This document shows positions 28,594 to 38,499 of a stretch of 64,000 nt of DNA, piece after piece. A model generated the notes under the pieces. It searched no databases and was not told where the DNA came from. It was given only the letters and a program-made list of their open reading frames with translations. The first letter of the stretch is position 1. Every line of letters starts with the position of its first letter. This DNA comes from a candidate division WWE3 bacterium GW2011_GWC2_41_23 (lineage in GTDB: Bacteria; Patescibacteriota; WWE3; UBA101185; UBA10185). The DNA lies in the NCBI GenBank assembly GCA_000996895.1, contig LCBB01000003.1:3659-67658 (forward strand), given 5' to 3'. Made by a program: the position numbers and the translations under genes.

Positions 28594-29811
28594 ATGAGTA
28601 CTTTCGAGAAATTTCAGCGATTTTTAATTACTGTCCTTATAGCCGTGGGTTTTTTTTACGGAGGTTACTATTTTGGTAAGAGCGGTTATATATTCGAAGT
28701 ACGTAAGAATCCACCGAAAATCGAAATCAAAAATCAATATCCCGGAAATAAAGAGGTGGATTTTTCTCTTTTTTGGGAAGTATGGGATATCGTAAGCAAA
28801 GATTACCTTGAGAGGCCGGTTGATGCCCAGAAAATGCTTTACGGTGCTATTCAAGGGATGGTCTCATCTTTGGATGACCCCTACACTTCATTCCTTCCTC
28901 CCGCAATTAATAAAAACCTTAATGAACAATTGGACGGAAAGTACCAGGGCATTGGAGCGGAATTGGGGCAGAAAGACAACCAGCTGATAATTGTCTCTCC
29001 TTTGGACGGATCTCCTGCTAAAGCGGCAGGTTTATTGCCCGGAGATAAAATATTACTTATTGAAGACGAATCCACGATGGGAATGAGTATCACGGAAGCA
29101 GTCGCAAAGATCAGAGGAGACGCCGGAACAGAAGTGAAATTAACAATTCAGACGGAGAACAACGAACCTCGGGAAATTGCACTTCGTAGGGATGTTATTA
29201 AAATCTCAAGTGTGAGCTGGAAGGACATGGGCGAAGGAACAGCTTATATCAGAATCAGCAGATTCGGTGGAGAAACCAACAAGGAATGGGACACCGCGGT
29301 CAATGAAATTGCCATGGGTATGAGGGAACTGGATTCTATAATAATCGACGTGAGAGGCAATCCCGGAGGCTACTTGCTGTCTGCTTCCCATATTTCCAGT
29401 GAATTCTTCGGAGGAAAGCCTGTGTTGTATCAAGAGGATGCTACCGGAAATCAAACCCCGTTGAACTCTGATGCTGCCGGAAGTTTCAAAGATGTGCCCA
29501 GGGTTTATGTACTAATCGACGGAGGCAGTGCTTCAGCTTCGGAGATTTTGGCGGCAGCTTTGAAATCTCAGATAAACGCAAAACTCATCGGAACAAAGTC
29601 TTTCGGAAAAGGTACCATTCAGGACGCTAGGGATTTCAAGGACGGCTCGGGTGTGCATATAACAATCGCCAAATGGCTCACTCCCGACAAGGTGTGGGTT
29701 CACAAGGTCGGTATAGAGCCTGACGTGGTCGTGGAAGTGACAGAACAGGACATTAAGGACTTAAAAGACCCTCAGCTAGACGCCGCTGTTGAGTTGGCTA
29801 AAGAGCTGTAG
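28594..29811 (+). CDS. S41 carboxyl-terminal processing protease
   Basis: LDDPY, PDZ, DVRGNPGG, SASASEI, SFGKGTIQ. Confidence 0.95.
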   Translation: MSTFEKFQRFLITVLIAVGFFYGGYYFGKSGYIFEVRKNPPKIEIKNQYPGNKEVDFSLFWEVWDIVSKDYLERPVDAQKMLYGAIQGMVSSLDDPYTSFLPPAINKNLNEQLDGKYQGIGAELGQKDNQLIIVSPLDGSPAKAAGLLPGDKILLIEDESTMGMSITEAVAKIRGDAGTEVKLTIQTENNEPREIALRRDVIKISSVSWKDMGEGTAYIRISRFGGETNKEWDTAVNEIAMGMRELDSIIIDVRGNPGGYLLSASHISSEFFGGKPVLYQEDATGNQTPLNSDAAGSFKDVPRVYVLIDGGSASASEILAAALKSQINAKLIGTKSFGKGTIQDARDFKDGSGVHITIAKWLTPDKVWVHKVGIEPDVVVEVTEQDIKDLKDPQLDAAVELAKEL

Positions 29812-29841
29812 TAAAATTCTGAACCAGCAGGAGGAATTGTT

Positions 29842-31020
29842 ATGAAAAAAACTTCAAGAACAATAACCGGAATTGCCTGGCTTATTTTTTTCGTTTCCAT
29901 ACTTTTAGTGCTCGACATCAGATTTAACGGGGAAAACTCGTTGGTAAGTAGGGCAGGGACATCTGATTCCGGTTGGTTTTCAGGATTTGCCGAAAAAATA
30001 TCCAGTATATTTAAAAAAGACAGTTCTCAGTACTCTTCTTCCAAAGTTGTTACACGCCAGCAGGTAGTGAACGAGGAATCCACTGTAATTGACGCTGTAG
30101 ATAAGGTGTCGCCTGCTGTTGTTTCCATAGTCGTTAAAACAGTAAACTTTGACTATTTCAGCGGACCTACCACAAGTGATCAGGGCATAGGAACCGGCTT
30201 TATTGTAGACAAAAACGGATTGATTATTACCAACAGTCACGTAGTCGATGACCCCGTCGGTGAGTACACGGTTGTGACCAAAGATGGTAAGACTTACGAA
30301 GTAAACAAAATATATTTGGACGAAAGTTCGGATCTTGCAATCATCGAAATTACGGCGCGCGATTTACCTGTCGTGGAGTTTGCAGATTCGGACAACACTA
30401 AGGTAGGACAAATGGCAATTGCCATAGGAAATGCACTCGGCAGGTTCCAAAACACGGTTACCGTGGGTGTCGTTTCAGGTATTTCAAGACAGCTCCAGGC
30501 TACCGGAGGGTTCGGCGGGGTTAAAACCTATGAGAACGTTATCCAAACAGATGCGGCTTTAAACCCGGGAAATTCAGGGGGTCCTTTGGTAAACTCTTCC
30601 GGCCAGGTCATCGGGATAAATGTCGCTACCTCGATCGGAGCTGACAATATAAGTTTTGCTATTCCTGTTAACACTTTAATTCCTATTCTTGACGGATTTC
30701 TTAAGGAGGGCCGTATCATTAGACCCTATCTTGGAGTTACTTACACCATGGTCACCCCCGAGATATCGGAATTACGAGATATGCCGGTCGGCGCGTTCAT
30801 TTCAAGAGTTAGCCCGGAATCTCCTGCCAGTAAAGCAGGGTTACTAAGGGGCGATATTATTACAAAAATAAATGAGACTACTATGGACGGAGAAAATTCT
30901 TTATCCCAGGTTATTGCCAAGGCAAAAGTTGGGGATAAGTTAAAACTGTACGTCGATAGGGAAGGGAAGGAAGAAATATTTACGGCGGAAGTAGAAGCAG
31001 CTCCGGAAAATTTGAAGTAA
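29842..31020 (+). CDS. HtrA/DegP-family serine protease with PDZ
   Basis: ITNSHVV, SDLAI, QTDAALNPGNSGGPL. Confidence 0.95.
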   Translation: MKKTSRTITGIAWLIFFVSILLVLDIRFNGENSLVSRAGTSDSGWFSGFAEKISSIFKKDSSQYSSSKVVTRQQVVNEESTVIDAVDKVSPAVVSIVVKTVNFDYFSGPTTSDQGIGTGFIVDKNGLIITNSHVVDDPVGEYTVVTKDGKTYEVNKIYLDESSDLAIIEITARDLPVVEFADSDNTKVGQMAIAIGNALGRFQNTVTVGVVSGISRQLQATGGFGGVKTYENVIQTDAALNPGNSGGPLVNSSGQVIGINVATSIGADNISFAIPVNTLIPILDGFLKEGRIIRPYLGVTYTMVTPEISELRDMPVGAFISRVSPESPASKAGLLRGDIITKINETTMDGENSLSQVIAKAKVGDKLKLYVDREGKEEIFTAEVEAAPENLK

Positions 31021-31050
31021 GAAATTACTTAAGTTCGCTGGGCACTGTAA

Positions 31051-31992
31051 TCAGGTCCGCAGGTTCTCTTTTTCCAGATAGCTTAGAATATCCTCTATAT
31101 CCCCGTCCATTATCATGCCGATGTTGTGCCATGACTTATTAGCGCGGTGATCTGTAACTCTGCTTTGCGGATAGTTGTATGTACGGATTTTTTCATTTCT
31201 CATGCCTGCCCCCACCTGACCTGCCCTTAGGTCCGAGATGCTTTTAACCTGTTGTTCCTGCATTTCGGTGTAGATTCTGGAGTACAGAATATCGAGTGCT
31301 TTTGACCTGTTTTTACCTTGTGAGCGCTCTTCCTGACATTCGACAATTATGCCGGTGGGTTTGTGAATAAGACGCACGGCTGTGGAGACTTTATTTACAT
31401 TCTGGCCGCCGCTTCCCCCGGAGCGGAAAAACTCCCATACAAGATCGTCGGGGTGTATTTCAATTTCTACTTTTTGGAGTTTAGGTAATACGGCAACGGT
31501 AGCAGTTGAGGTGTGAATACGTCCTCCCGATTCGGTGGAAGGAACTCTTTGTACCCGGTGAACCCCCGACTCATTTTTTAGCAGTCCGTAGGCGTTAGTG
31601 CCTTTGACCTCTACGGAGATTGTCTTTATGCCCCCGATTTCATTTTCCGAACGGAATACCTCGGTAATTTTCCAGTTCTTTTTTTCGGCAAAGCGCTCGT
31701 ACATTCTAAAAAGGTCGTATGCAAATAACCCCGCCTCGTTCCCTCCCGTACCCGATCTTATCTCCAGTGTGGCGACGTTTGGGTTTATATTACCGGTAGT
31801 TTCTTCCTGCGCATCTTCTGCCACCTCTTTAGGAGATTCGAGCTGACTTTTTTGTTCTTTAAGTTTAGAAATCTCTTCTTCTATGAGCTGCAGCATTCCT
31901 TCGTCGGCGCCTTCTCTCATATCTTCATGTTCCTTTATGAGGCTGTTTATCTTTTCGGCTTCTTTTTTTACGTAGTCGTTGTAGTAATCCAT
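31051..31992 (-). CDS. prfA: peptide chain release factor 1 (short N-terminal domain)
   Basis: [22 protein letters not shown] (PxT motif), [21 protein letters not shown]. Confidence 0.95.
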   Translation of the reverse strand: MDYYNDYVKKEAEKINSLIKEHEDMREGADEGMLQLIEEEISKLKEQKSQLESPKEVAEDAQEETTGNINPNVATLEIRSGTGGNEAGLFAYDLFRMYERFAEKKNWKITEVFRSENEIGGIKTISVEVKGTNAYGLLKNESGVHRVQRVPSTESGGRIHTSTATVAVLPKLQKVEIEIHPDDLVWEFFRSGGSGGQNVNKVSTAVRLIHKPTGIIVECQEERSQGKNRSKALDILYSRIYTEMQEQQVKSISDLRAGQVGAGMRNEKIRTYNYPQSRVTDHRANKSWHNIGMIMDGDIEDILSYLEKENLRT

Positions 31993-32110
31993 ATCACCTT
32001 TATTATTCCAGAGAATGGGCGATTGTTGAAGAGCCGCGGTGTCCGGAATCAATTACACTTACAGAAGTATTATGGTCGTTGTCGTTGGAAATTGTGCTAT
32101 TTTTGGTAAT

Positions 32111-32434
32111 CTACTGACCTTCTTTTTTGATGTGCTCAAGCATTTCTTTTACACTCATATCTTTTGAACCGGAGAATTTCTTCTGTACCTTTTTGGAGGT
32201 CTTTATTTTATCGGCAGCTTTCTTTTTTTCATCCGCCAAAATCATTTTTCTGTTGAATTTGTCAATTCTCTTCTCGGTGTCTACAAATCTTCTCTGACCT
32301 GTGTAAAAAGGGTGGCAGGCGCCACAAATCTCCACGGAGATGGAAGGTAGGGTAGAAATGGTCGTAAAAGTGTTACCGCAGGCGCAGGTTACGAGACACT
32401 CTTTATTAACTTTTGGGTGTATTCCCTTTTTCAT
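32111..32434 (-). CDS. rpmE: 50S ribosomal protein L31
   Basis: [21 protein letters not shown]. Confidence 0.96.
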   Translation of the reverse strand: MKKGIHPKVNKECLVTCACGNTFTTISTLPSISVEICGACHPFYTGQRRFVDTEKRIDKFNRKMILADEKKKAADKIKTSKKVQKKFSGSKDMSVKEMLEHIKKEGQ

Positions 32435-32486
32435 AGCGGTAACGAGTATATCAATATTTTTAAACGAGTACAAGCCCGGGCGCTTT

Positions 32487-33503
32487 CTAGAGCCCGGAAC
32501 TATTATTTTTTTCGGCAATTACAACCCCGGCGGCTATAAAAGCTGTCCCTATAAGCATTAAGGTGTTGGGCAGCTCACCTAAAATAAGATATGCGAAGGG
32601 TAGGGTAAAAACCGGCGCCAGATAGCCGAAAATGGCAAAATCGGAGACTTTTGCATTCTCCAAGCCCCATTCATTAAGCCAGTACGCCACTATGGATGAA
32701 AACAGGGCCATATAAAGGAGACCGAGCACGCCTTTTATGTCGATACTGAGAATGTCAAAGTTACTCTCGCCGGCTAAGCCTAGATTTTCAAATACTGCGA
32801 GCGGAATCAATGTTATTAAGCCCACATAAAAAGAAGTAAGCACGATGGTTCCTGCCGAGTATTTTCTGGTCATAGGTTTTATTTTGATAAAACTTAAGGT
32901 TTTTTTCAGGCTGTGTGACTTTCCGCCCATGCTGAATTTTGCCCATATTACATAAACTACCCACGTCATTGCGTAAAAAAGACCCAAAACGTTACCCAGA
33001 ATTCTTTCAGCTGCCCGGCCGCCCCCGTCATTTCCCCAAAGAATAGGTTCAAGAACAATCAAAATAGTCCCCAGACTGGCGAGGACAACCCCGGCGGTTA
33101 TACCCTTATTAATTTTGTCGTGATAAAAGTAATGACCAGCATACACGGTCAAAACGGAAGCCATGACTCCGATAATCGTGTAGTCCAAAGCTGAGGTAAA
33201 CTTTAACGCTACGAACGGAAGTATAAGGGATGTTTGTGAAAAAAGCCCCAGCAGAAAAAAATTTAGATAATCGGACTTGTGAATAGGCTCCTTTTTAAGT
33301 TGAAGTGCTACCAAAGGTAGAACTACCAGGCACACTATCATAAATCTTAAGTACAGAAACGTAAAAGGAGGGATATAGCCAAGCGTGTATTTAATAACGG
33401 CAGTAGCGGCGCCCCAAATAATATTTGCCCCAAGAAAGGCAACTTGCACAGCCATAAAGTTATCGGGTATTGATTTGGGCAGAGGTCTATTGGGCATATA
33501 CAT
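32487..33503 (-). CDS. DMT/EamA family transporter
   Basis: About 10 TM helices, IWG, LRF, PVF...LILGE. Confidence 0.88.
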   Translation of the reverse strand: MYMPNRPLPKSIPDNFMAVQVAFLGANIIWGAATAVIKYTLGYIPPFTFLYLRFMIVCLVVLPLVALQLKKEPIHKSDYLNFFLLGLFSQTSLILPFVALKFTSALDYTIIGVMASVLTVYAGHYFYHDKINKGITAGVVLASLGTILIVLEPILWGNDGGGRAAERILGNVLGLFYAMTWVVYVIWAKFSMGGKSHSLKKTLSFIKIKPMTRKYSAGTIVLTSFYVGLITLIPLAVFENLGLAGESNFDILSIDIKGVLGLLYMALFSSIVAYWLNEWGLENAKVSDFAIFGYLAPVFTLPFAYLILGELPNTLMLIGTAFIAAGVVIAEKNNSSGL

Positions 33504-33620
33504 AAAAGATTATATGATACTTTCCCGTATAACAGAACACCCGTATTTTGGGGAATTTGCCGCAGTAAAAGGAAAGTCTGTGCCTTTTCTTAAAATGATT
33601 TAATTGATATGATGTGAACT

Positions 33621-34271
33621 ATGGAAATTACGTATATCGGACACTCATGTTTCAAAATTAAGGGAAAAGATTTAACAATTGTTATAGATCCGTATGACCC
33701 GAAAATCGGATACAAATTACCTAAGATGGAAGCCGACCTTTTACTTACCACACACGATCATTTCGATCACCACAACATTGCCGGGGTTTCCGGATACAAG
33801 TTATTGATAGATGGCCCGGGGGAGTATGAGGTTAACGGGGCATTCGTATACGGAATTCCGACTTTTCACGACGATAAAAAGGGTGAAGAGAGGGGTACTC
33901 AAACTATGTATGTGATAGATATAGACGGTTTTACGCTAATGCACCTGGGAGATTTAGGACACGAACTCAACACCGATCTTCTGGAAAAAATCTCAAAGGT
34001 TGACGTGCTGATGATACCTATCGGGGGAGGCTTTACCATAAACGCAGAGAAGGCTTCGGAAGTCATTTCATCAATAGAACCGGGAATTGTTTTACCCATG
34101 CACTACAAGACCGATGATCTCGTCGGATTTGATGATTTGCAGGGGATAGACAAGTTCATGGACGAGATGGGAGTAGAGAATAATATTAAAAAAGAAGAAA
34201 AGCTGAAAATTGCTTCTGCAAGTGATATACCTGAAGATACCGAAGTGGTTATACTTAAACCTGCCCACTAA
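33621..34271 (+). CDS. MBL-fold metallo-hydrolase
   Basis: GHSCF, DP, THDHFDH, HLGD, PMHY. Confidence 0.9.
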   Translation: MEITYIGHSCFKIKGKDLTIVIDPYDPKIGYKLPKMEADLLLTTHDHFDHHNIAGVSGYKLLIDGPGEYEVNGAFVYGIPTFHDDKKGEERGTQTMYVIDIDGFTLMHLGDLGHELNTDLLEKISKVDVLMIPIGGGFTINAEKASEVISSIEPGIVLPMHYKTDDLVGFDDLQGIDKFMDEMGVENNIKKEEKLKIASASDIPEDTEVVILKPAH

Positions 34272-34276
34272 ATAAA

Positions 34277-35638
34277 ATGTCCGCCAAAAGAACGAATGAA
34301 CATAGAGATAGAGCGCACACGGCGCAGCAGAGCGTGCACGTACCTCCGCACGACGAACAGGCCGAGAAATCGGTACTTGGGGCTCTTTTATTGGATAAGG
34401 ACGCCATAGTTAAGGTAGTTGAATTTTTAAGACCCCATCATTTTTACCGTGAAAATCACCAAAATGTTTATGAAGCTATACTTACGCTTTTTGAAAAAAG
34501 AGAACCCGCAGACCTGATCACAGTGCCCAGCGAACTTAAGAGGAAAAATCTTCTTACACAAGTGGGAGGAGTCTCCTATTTAACAGAGCTTGTAAACTCA
34601 GTTCCCACCGCTGCCAACATCGAGGCATACGCAAAACTTATAAAAAATGACTATATCAAGAGAGCGTTGATTTCAGCGTCCGCTGAAATCGGAGAATTAG
34701 CTTTTGACGAAGGCGAGGTAGCGGAGGTTTTAGACAGAGCTGAGCAATTGGTTTACTCAGTTTCCCAAGACGCGATGTATCAAGACTTTGTACCTCTTAA
34801 AGATACCCTGGAGATTACATTTGAAAGACTTGATGAGCTGAGCAAAAATAGGGGAGCACTCAGAGGTGTGCCTACCGGGCTTAAGAGTTTGGATAGATTG
34901 TTGTCAGGTCTGCAAAAAGAAAACTTGATAATTTTGGCCGCAAGGCCTTCGGTCGGTAAAACATCACTCGCCTTGAATATCGCACAATACGCCGCAGTAG
35001 AAAAAAAGGCCGGGATTGGAATTTTTTCTTTGGAAATGGGCAGGGAAATGCTTGTGGACAGGATGATATCAGCCCAGGCAGGCATAGATAACTGGAAAAT
35101 CGCGACGGGTAATCTTGACGACGAGGATTTTGAAAAATATGGTGTAGCGGCAGGAGAACTAGCCGAGGCCAGCATATTTGTCGACGACACGGCAGGAATA
35201 GGACTACTCGAAATGCGCACGAAGGCCAGAAGACTTATGCTGGAGCAGAAAATTGATTTGATAATAGTTGACTACCTGCAACTTATTAGAGCGCCTAAGG
35301 CAGAAAGTAGAGTGCAGGAAGTATCCGAGATTTCACAGGGTTTAAAGAATCTTGCACGTGAGCTGAAAGTTCCCGTACTGGCACTTTCCCAGCTATCGAG
35401 AGCAGTGGAGCAGAGAGGTGGAGATAAAAAACCACAGCTATCCGACCTCCGCGATTCAGGTTCCATTGAGCAGGACGCCGACGTTGTCATGTTTTTATAC
35501 AGGCCGAACGAGGAAGACAGAACGAATTTGAAACTAAATGTGGCTAAGCACAGAAATGGTGCCACCGGAGAGTACGATATGTTCTTTAAATCTGAATTTA
35601 CGAAGTTCTTCGAGGTCGAATCTCACACTCAGGATTAA
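34277..35638 (+). CDS. dnaB: replicative DNA helicase
   Basis: AARPSVGKT, FSLEM, VDYLQL, LSQLSR, LRDSGSIEQDAD, KHRNG. Confidence 0.98.
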   Translation: MSAKRTNEHRDRAHTAQQSVHVPPHDEQAEKSVLGALLLDKDAIVKVVEFLRPHHFYRENHQNVYEAILTLFEKREPADLITVPSELKRKNLLTQVGGVSYLTELVNSVPTAANIEAYAKLIKNDYIKRALISASAEIGELAFDEGEVAEVLDRAEQLVYSVSQDAMYQDFVPLKDTLEITFERLDELSKNRGALRGVPTGLKSLDRLLSGLQKENLIILAARPSVGKTSLALNIAQYAAVEKKAGIGIFSLEMGREMLVDRMISAQAGIDNWKIATGNLDDEDFEKYGVAAGELAEASIFVDDTAGIGLLEMRTKARRLMLEQKIDLIIVDYLQLIRAPKAESRVQEVSEISQGLKNLARELKVPVLALSQLSRAVEQRGGDKKPQLSDLRDSGSIEQDADVVMFLYRPNEEDRTNLKLNVAKHRNGATGEYDMFFKSEFTKFFEVESHTQD

Positions 35639-35762
35639 CTTCCATTTTTGTCTTCAAATTGTTAGAATTGAGCGGTTCAAGCGCCTTTGTTGTGGCGCGG
35701 AATAAGGGCTTACCTGCGGGAAGGTACACCTTTTGATGTTAGCCGATGTCTCTTGCCTCTAA

Positions 35763-35778
35763 GCCGTGGTGGCGGAAT
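35763..35778 (+). repeat. 16-bp copy of tRNA-Leu 5' end
   Basis: gccgtggtggcggaat identical to 35852-35867. Confidence 0.85.
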
Positions 35779-35851
35779 AAGAGCTTGCTCGACGCAGTAG
35801 CGTCTGCGCTTCCTCATATTCCACTTGTCCGGCGCGATTGGTGAAACCCGG

Positions 35852-35938
35852 GCCGTGGTGGCGGAATGGTATACGCGGTGGTCTCAAAAACCACTGGGAT
35901 CTGATCCCGTGAGAGTTCGACTCTCTCCCACGGCACCA
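35852..35938 (+). tRNA. tRNA-Leu(CAA)
   Basis: Acceptor gccgtgg/ccacggc, anticodon arm gtggt-ctCAAaa-accac, long variable arm, GTTCGA, encoded CCA. Confidence 0.96.
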
Positions 35939-35944
35939 AAAATT

Positions 35945-36458
35945 ATGAAACGGACAGCCTCTGCAGGTGATTAAATACGAGCACATAAAGGTCAGCCGGG
36001 GTAGTGCAAACGTCAAAGTCAGGGTCAAAAACCTTATCACCGGACAGGTTCTGGACAAAGGTTACATTGCTACGGCAAAAGTCGAGGATGCGGACGTTCA
36101 GACCAAAACTACCCAATATTTGTATAACGACGGGAGTTACATTTTTATGGATCCGGTAACTTTCGAGCAATTTAGTATCTCCGAAGATATTCTGGGTAAA
36201 GCCACAGATTTTTTAATAGAGGGCGAGAAGGCAATTGTTCAGTATTTCGACGGCCGACCAATCTCTGTAGATCTTCCGGCATCTCTCGTTTTCGAAGTTC
36301 AATATACAGAGCCCGGTTATAAGGGGAACACTGTGACTAATGTTCAAAAAGAGGCGACTCTTACAAACGGAACGGTGGTTAAAGTTCCCATATTTATAAA
36401 AATCGGGGATAAAATAAAGGTTGATACGCGTTCCGGAGAGTATATTTCTAAAGCCTAA
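35945..36458 (+). CDS. efp: elongation factor P (5' end apparently deleted/frameshifted)
   Basis: NGQPLQVIKYEHIKVSRGSA, QYLY.DG, FMD..TFEQ, TEPG.KG.T, VP.FI..GD.I.VDTR. Confidence 0.93.
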
Positions 36459-36459
36459 T

Positions 36460-37464
36460 ATGCTGTTATCAGAAAATATTAATTTCGGCCTTGTGCGGGT
36501 TCCCACAATGTACCTTGTTCTGTCGATAGGTTTTGTATTTTGGATTTTTGTGATGTGGTACGAAGCCCGTAAAGACGGTTTTGACGACGAAAGATTTCTC
36601 GACCTTGTTGTTGTTTCCACACTGACCGCGGCTTTGTTTTATTATCTTTTCAGGCTGCTTTACACGTATATAAGTCTTTACAGGCCTAACAACCCGCTTT
36701 TATTAGTTAATTACGAGGTTATGGTAAGTTTTATTGCGCTCTTAGGTGCTTTCTTACCGCCGTTCTATTTTTCAAATAAAAGGCGCTGGTCTCTGTTTAG
36801 AATATTCGACATTTATTCCCTTGCTTTCGGATTTTTTCTTGTTTTTGTAAGCCTTGGAGGATATTTGATAACCGGTGAAATGAATCATTTATGGGTTGCT
36901 GCTTTGACGCTGGTCTTTTATCTGGGGGTGCTGAGATTTAGAGGATACAGATTTGTATCGGGGCTCGTTTTTTCCTTGTTTTCCTTTTACCTGGGTGTTG
37001 TAGTATTTGTATTTTTTAAATCCCCGGCTTATTTGCTCTTTTCGGGAGCATTGTTTATTATTGGTCTATCCAATTTGTATTACAGGAGTAAAAAATATAT
37101 GAACACAAGAAATTTACCAAAAGAATTTATAGAATTAATTAAGAAACAACTTGTCAGAAAAGAAAAAGAACTTCAGAAAGAGCAGGCAAGCCTTATCAAA
37201 GAAGATCCCTACCTCCAATCCGGAAGGACTGAATCAAATTCCGAGTATATGGACGAAGCTATCCTGGAGGATACTAGAAAATCCGTTGCCGACGCTCAGG
37301 CGAGTATCGTACAGACGATGCTGATAGAGGTAAAAAGAGCTTTGGCAGCAATAAAAATAGGCAAATACGGCATATGCCAGGTATGCGGCGAACCAATAGA
37401 CAAGGCCCGTCTCAGAGCATATCCGCAAGCTACCACTTGTCTAAAGCACGCCGACGGGGAGTAA
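36460..37464 (+). CDS. Lgt-like membrane domain fused in frame to TraR/DksA C4 zinc-finger domain
   Basis: Multiple TM helices then coiled coil and GKYGICQVCGEPIDKARLRAYPQATTCLKH; no stop between; lies before lspA and rluA-type genes. Confidence 0.75.
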   Translation: MLLSENINFGLVRVPTMYLVLSIGFVFWIFVMWYEARKDGFDDERFLDLVVVSTLTAALFYYLFRLLYTYISLYRPNNPLLLVNYEVMVSFIALLGAFLPPFYFSNKRRWSLFRIFDIYSLAFGFFLVFVSLGGYLITGEMNHLWVAALTLVFYLGVLRFRGYRFVSGLVFSLFSFYLGVVVFVFFKSPAYLLFSGALFIIGLSNLYYRSKKYMNTRNLPKEFIELIKKQLVRKEKELQKEQASLIKEDPYLQSGRTESNSEYMDEAILEDTRKSVADAQASIVQTMLIEVKRALAAIKIGKYGICQVCGEPIDKARLRAYPQATTCLKHADGE

Positions 37465-37470
37465 CTTTCC

Positions 37471-37773
37471 GTGGGTTTTTTATCTGCACCGGTTAGCAAT
37501 TGTGAAATTTTTTATCCCCTTCAACTAAGTTTTGTGGTACTTGTGGGTGTTTTTTATTTGATTCGAAAAAAATACTTTGTTTCCCGTTTGTCCCGCCTGG
37601 GCATTATTTTTATATTATTAGGAGGAATTGGGAATACGTTGGAGCGCGTTTTCACAGGTTGTGTACGTGATTATGTGGACTTTTTCGGCCAATTCCGTTT
37701 TAACTTTTTTGACCTGTTAGTGACTTCGGGAGTCTTTCTGTTAATATACGAACTGTGGAAGAACAAAAAATAA
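37471..37773 (+). CDS. lspA: signal peptidase II (short form)
   Basis: GGIGNTLER..G.V.D, FNFFD. Confidence 0.8.
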   Translation: MGFLSAPVSNCEIFYPLQLSFVVLVGVFYLIRKKYFVSRLSRLGIIFILLGGIGNTLERVFTGCVRDYVDFFGQFRFNFFDLLVTSGVFLLIYELWKNKK

Positions 37774-38483
37774 GCATAATTCATGAAACCGACGATTACC
37801 TGGTAATAGACAAACCGGCCGGATTGGTAGTTAACCGCTCAAATACAGCCAAAGGGATTACTTTACAGGACATGATAGAGGAGAGAAGTCCTGTAGTCGG
37901 TGAGTGGGATCCGGAAGAGGTAGCACCTAGTGACTTTACTGCGCGCTCCGGTATAGCACACAGGTTGGATAAGGACACCTCAGGTATTTTACTGGTTGCA
38001 AAAAACGAGGAGTTTTTTGAAAATGTTTTAGATCAATTTAAAGAGCGGAAGATAGAGAAGGAATACGCCGCCGTTGTTCACGGGACCCCGGAAGAAGATA
38101 CATTGGAAATTGATGCTCCGATTAAAAGAAGCCCCAAAGACCCGATGAAGATGGCGATTGTGGCAGGGGGGAAGGAAGCTCATACGTTTGTAAGAAAACT
38201 AAATGAACTGGAAATAGACGGAAATCTTTTTTCTTATCTTCAAATCCTTCCGTCAACAGGACGGACTCATCAGATTAGAGTACATTTGGCAGCAGCTTTA
38301 CTGTATATTGCGGGAGACCCGATTTATTGTCCAAAAAATTTACTCACAATTGGCAGAGAAGCGTTCGGTAGAATGATGTTACACGCGACCAAAATAAGAT
38401 TCTTTGACCCTCATTTACATGAATTTGTACAATTTGAGTCCCCTTTGCCAACGGAATATCTTCCATTCACTTCAAAAATATAG
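37755..38483 (+). CDS. RluA-family pseudouridine synthase
   Basis: DKPAGL, HRLDKDTSG, TGRTHQIRVH, MMLHA. Confidence 0.95.
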   Translation: MEEQKISIIHETDDYLVIDKPAGLVVNRSNTAKGITLQDMIEERSPVVGEWDPEEVAPSDFTARSGIAHRLDKDTSGILLVAKNEEFFENVLDQFKERKIEKEYAAVVHGTPEEDTLEIDAPIKRSPKDPMKMAIVAGGKEAHTFVRKLNELEIDGNLFSYLQILPSTGRTHQIRVHLAAALLYIAGDPIYCPKNLLTIGREAFGRMMLHATKIRFFDPHLHEFVQFESPLPTEYLPFTSKI

Positions 38484-38499
38484 TAATGTATGAACATAT

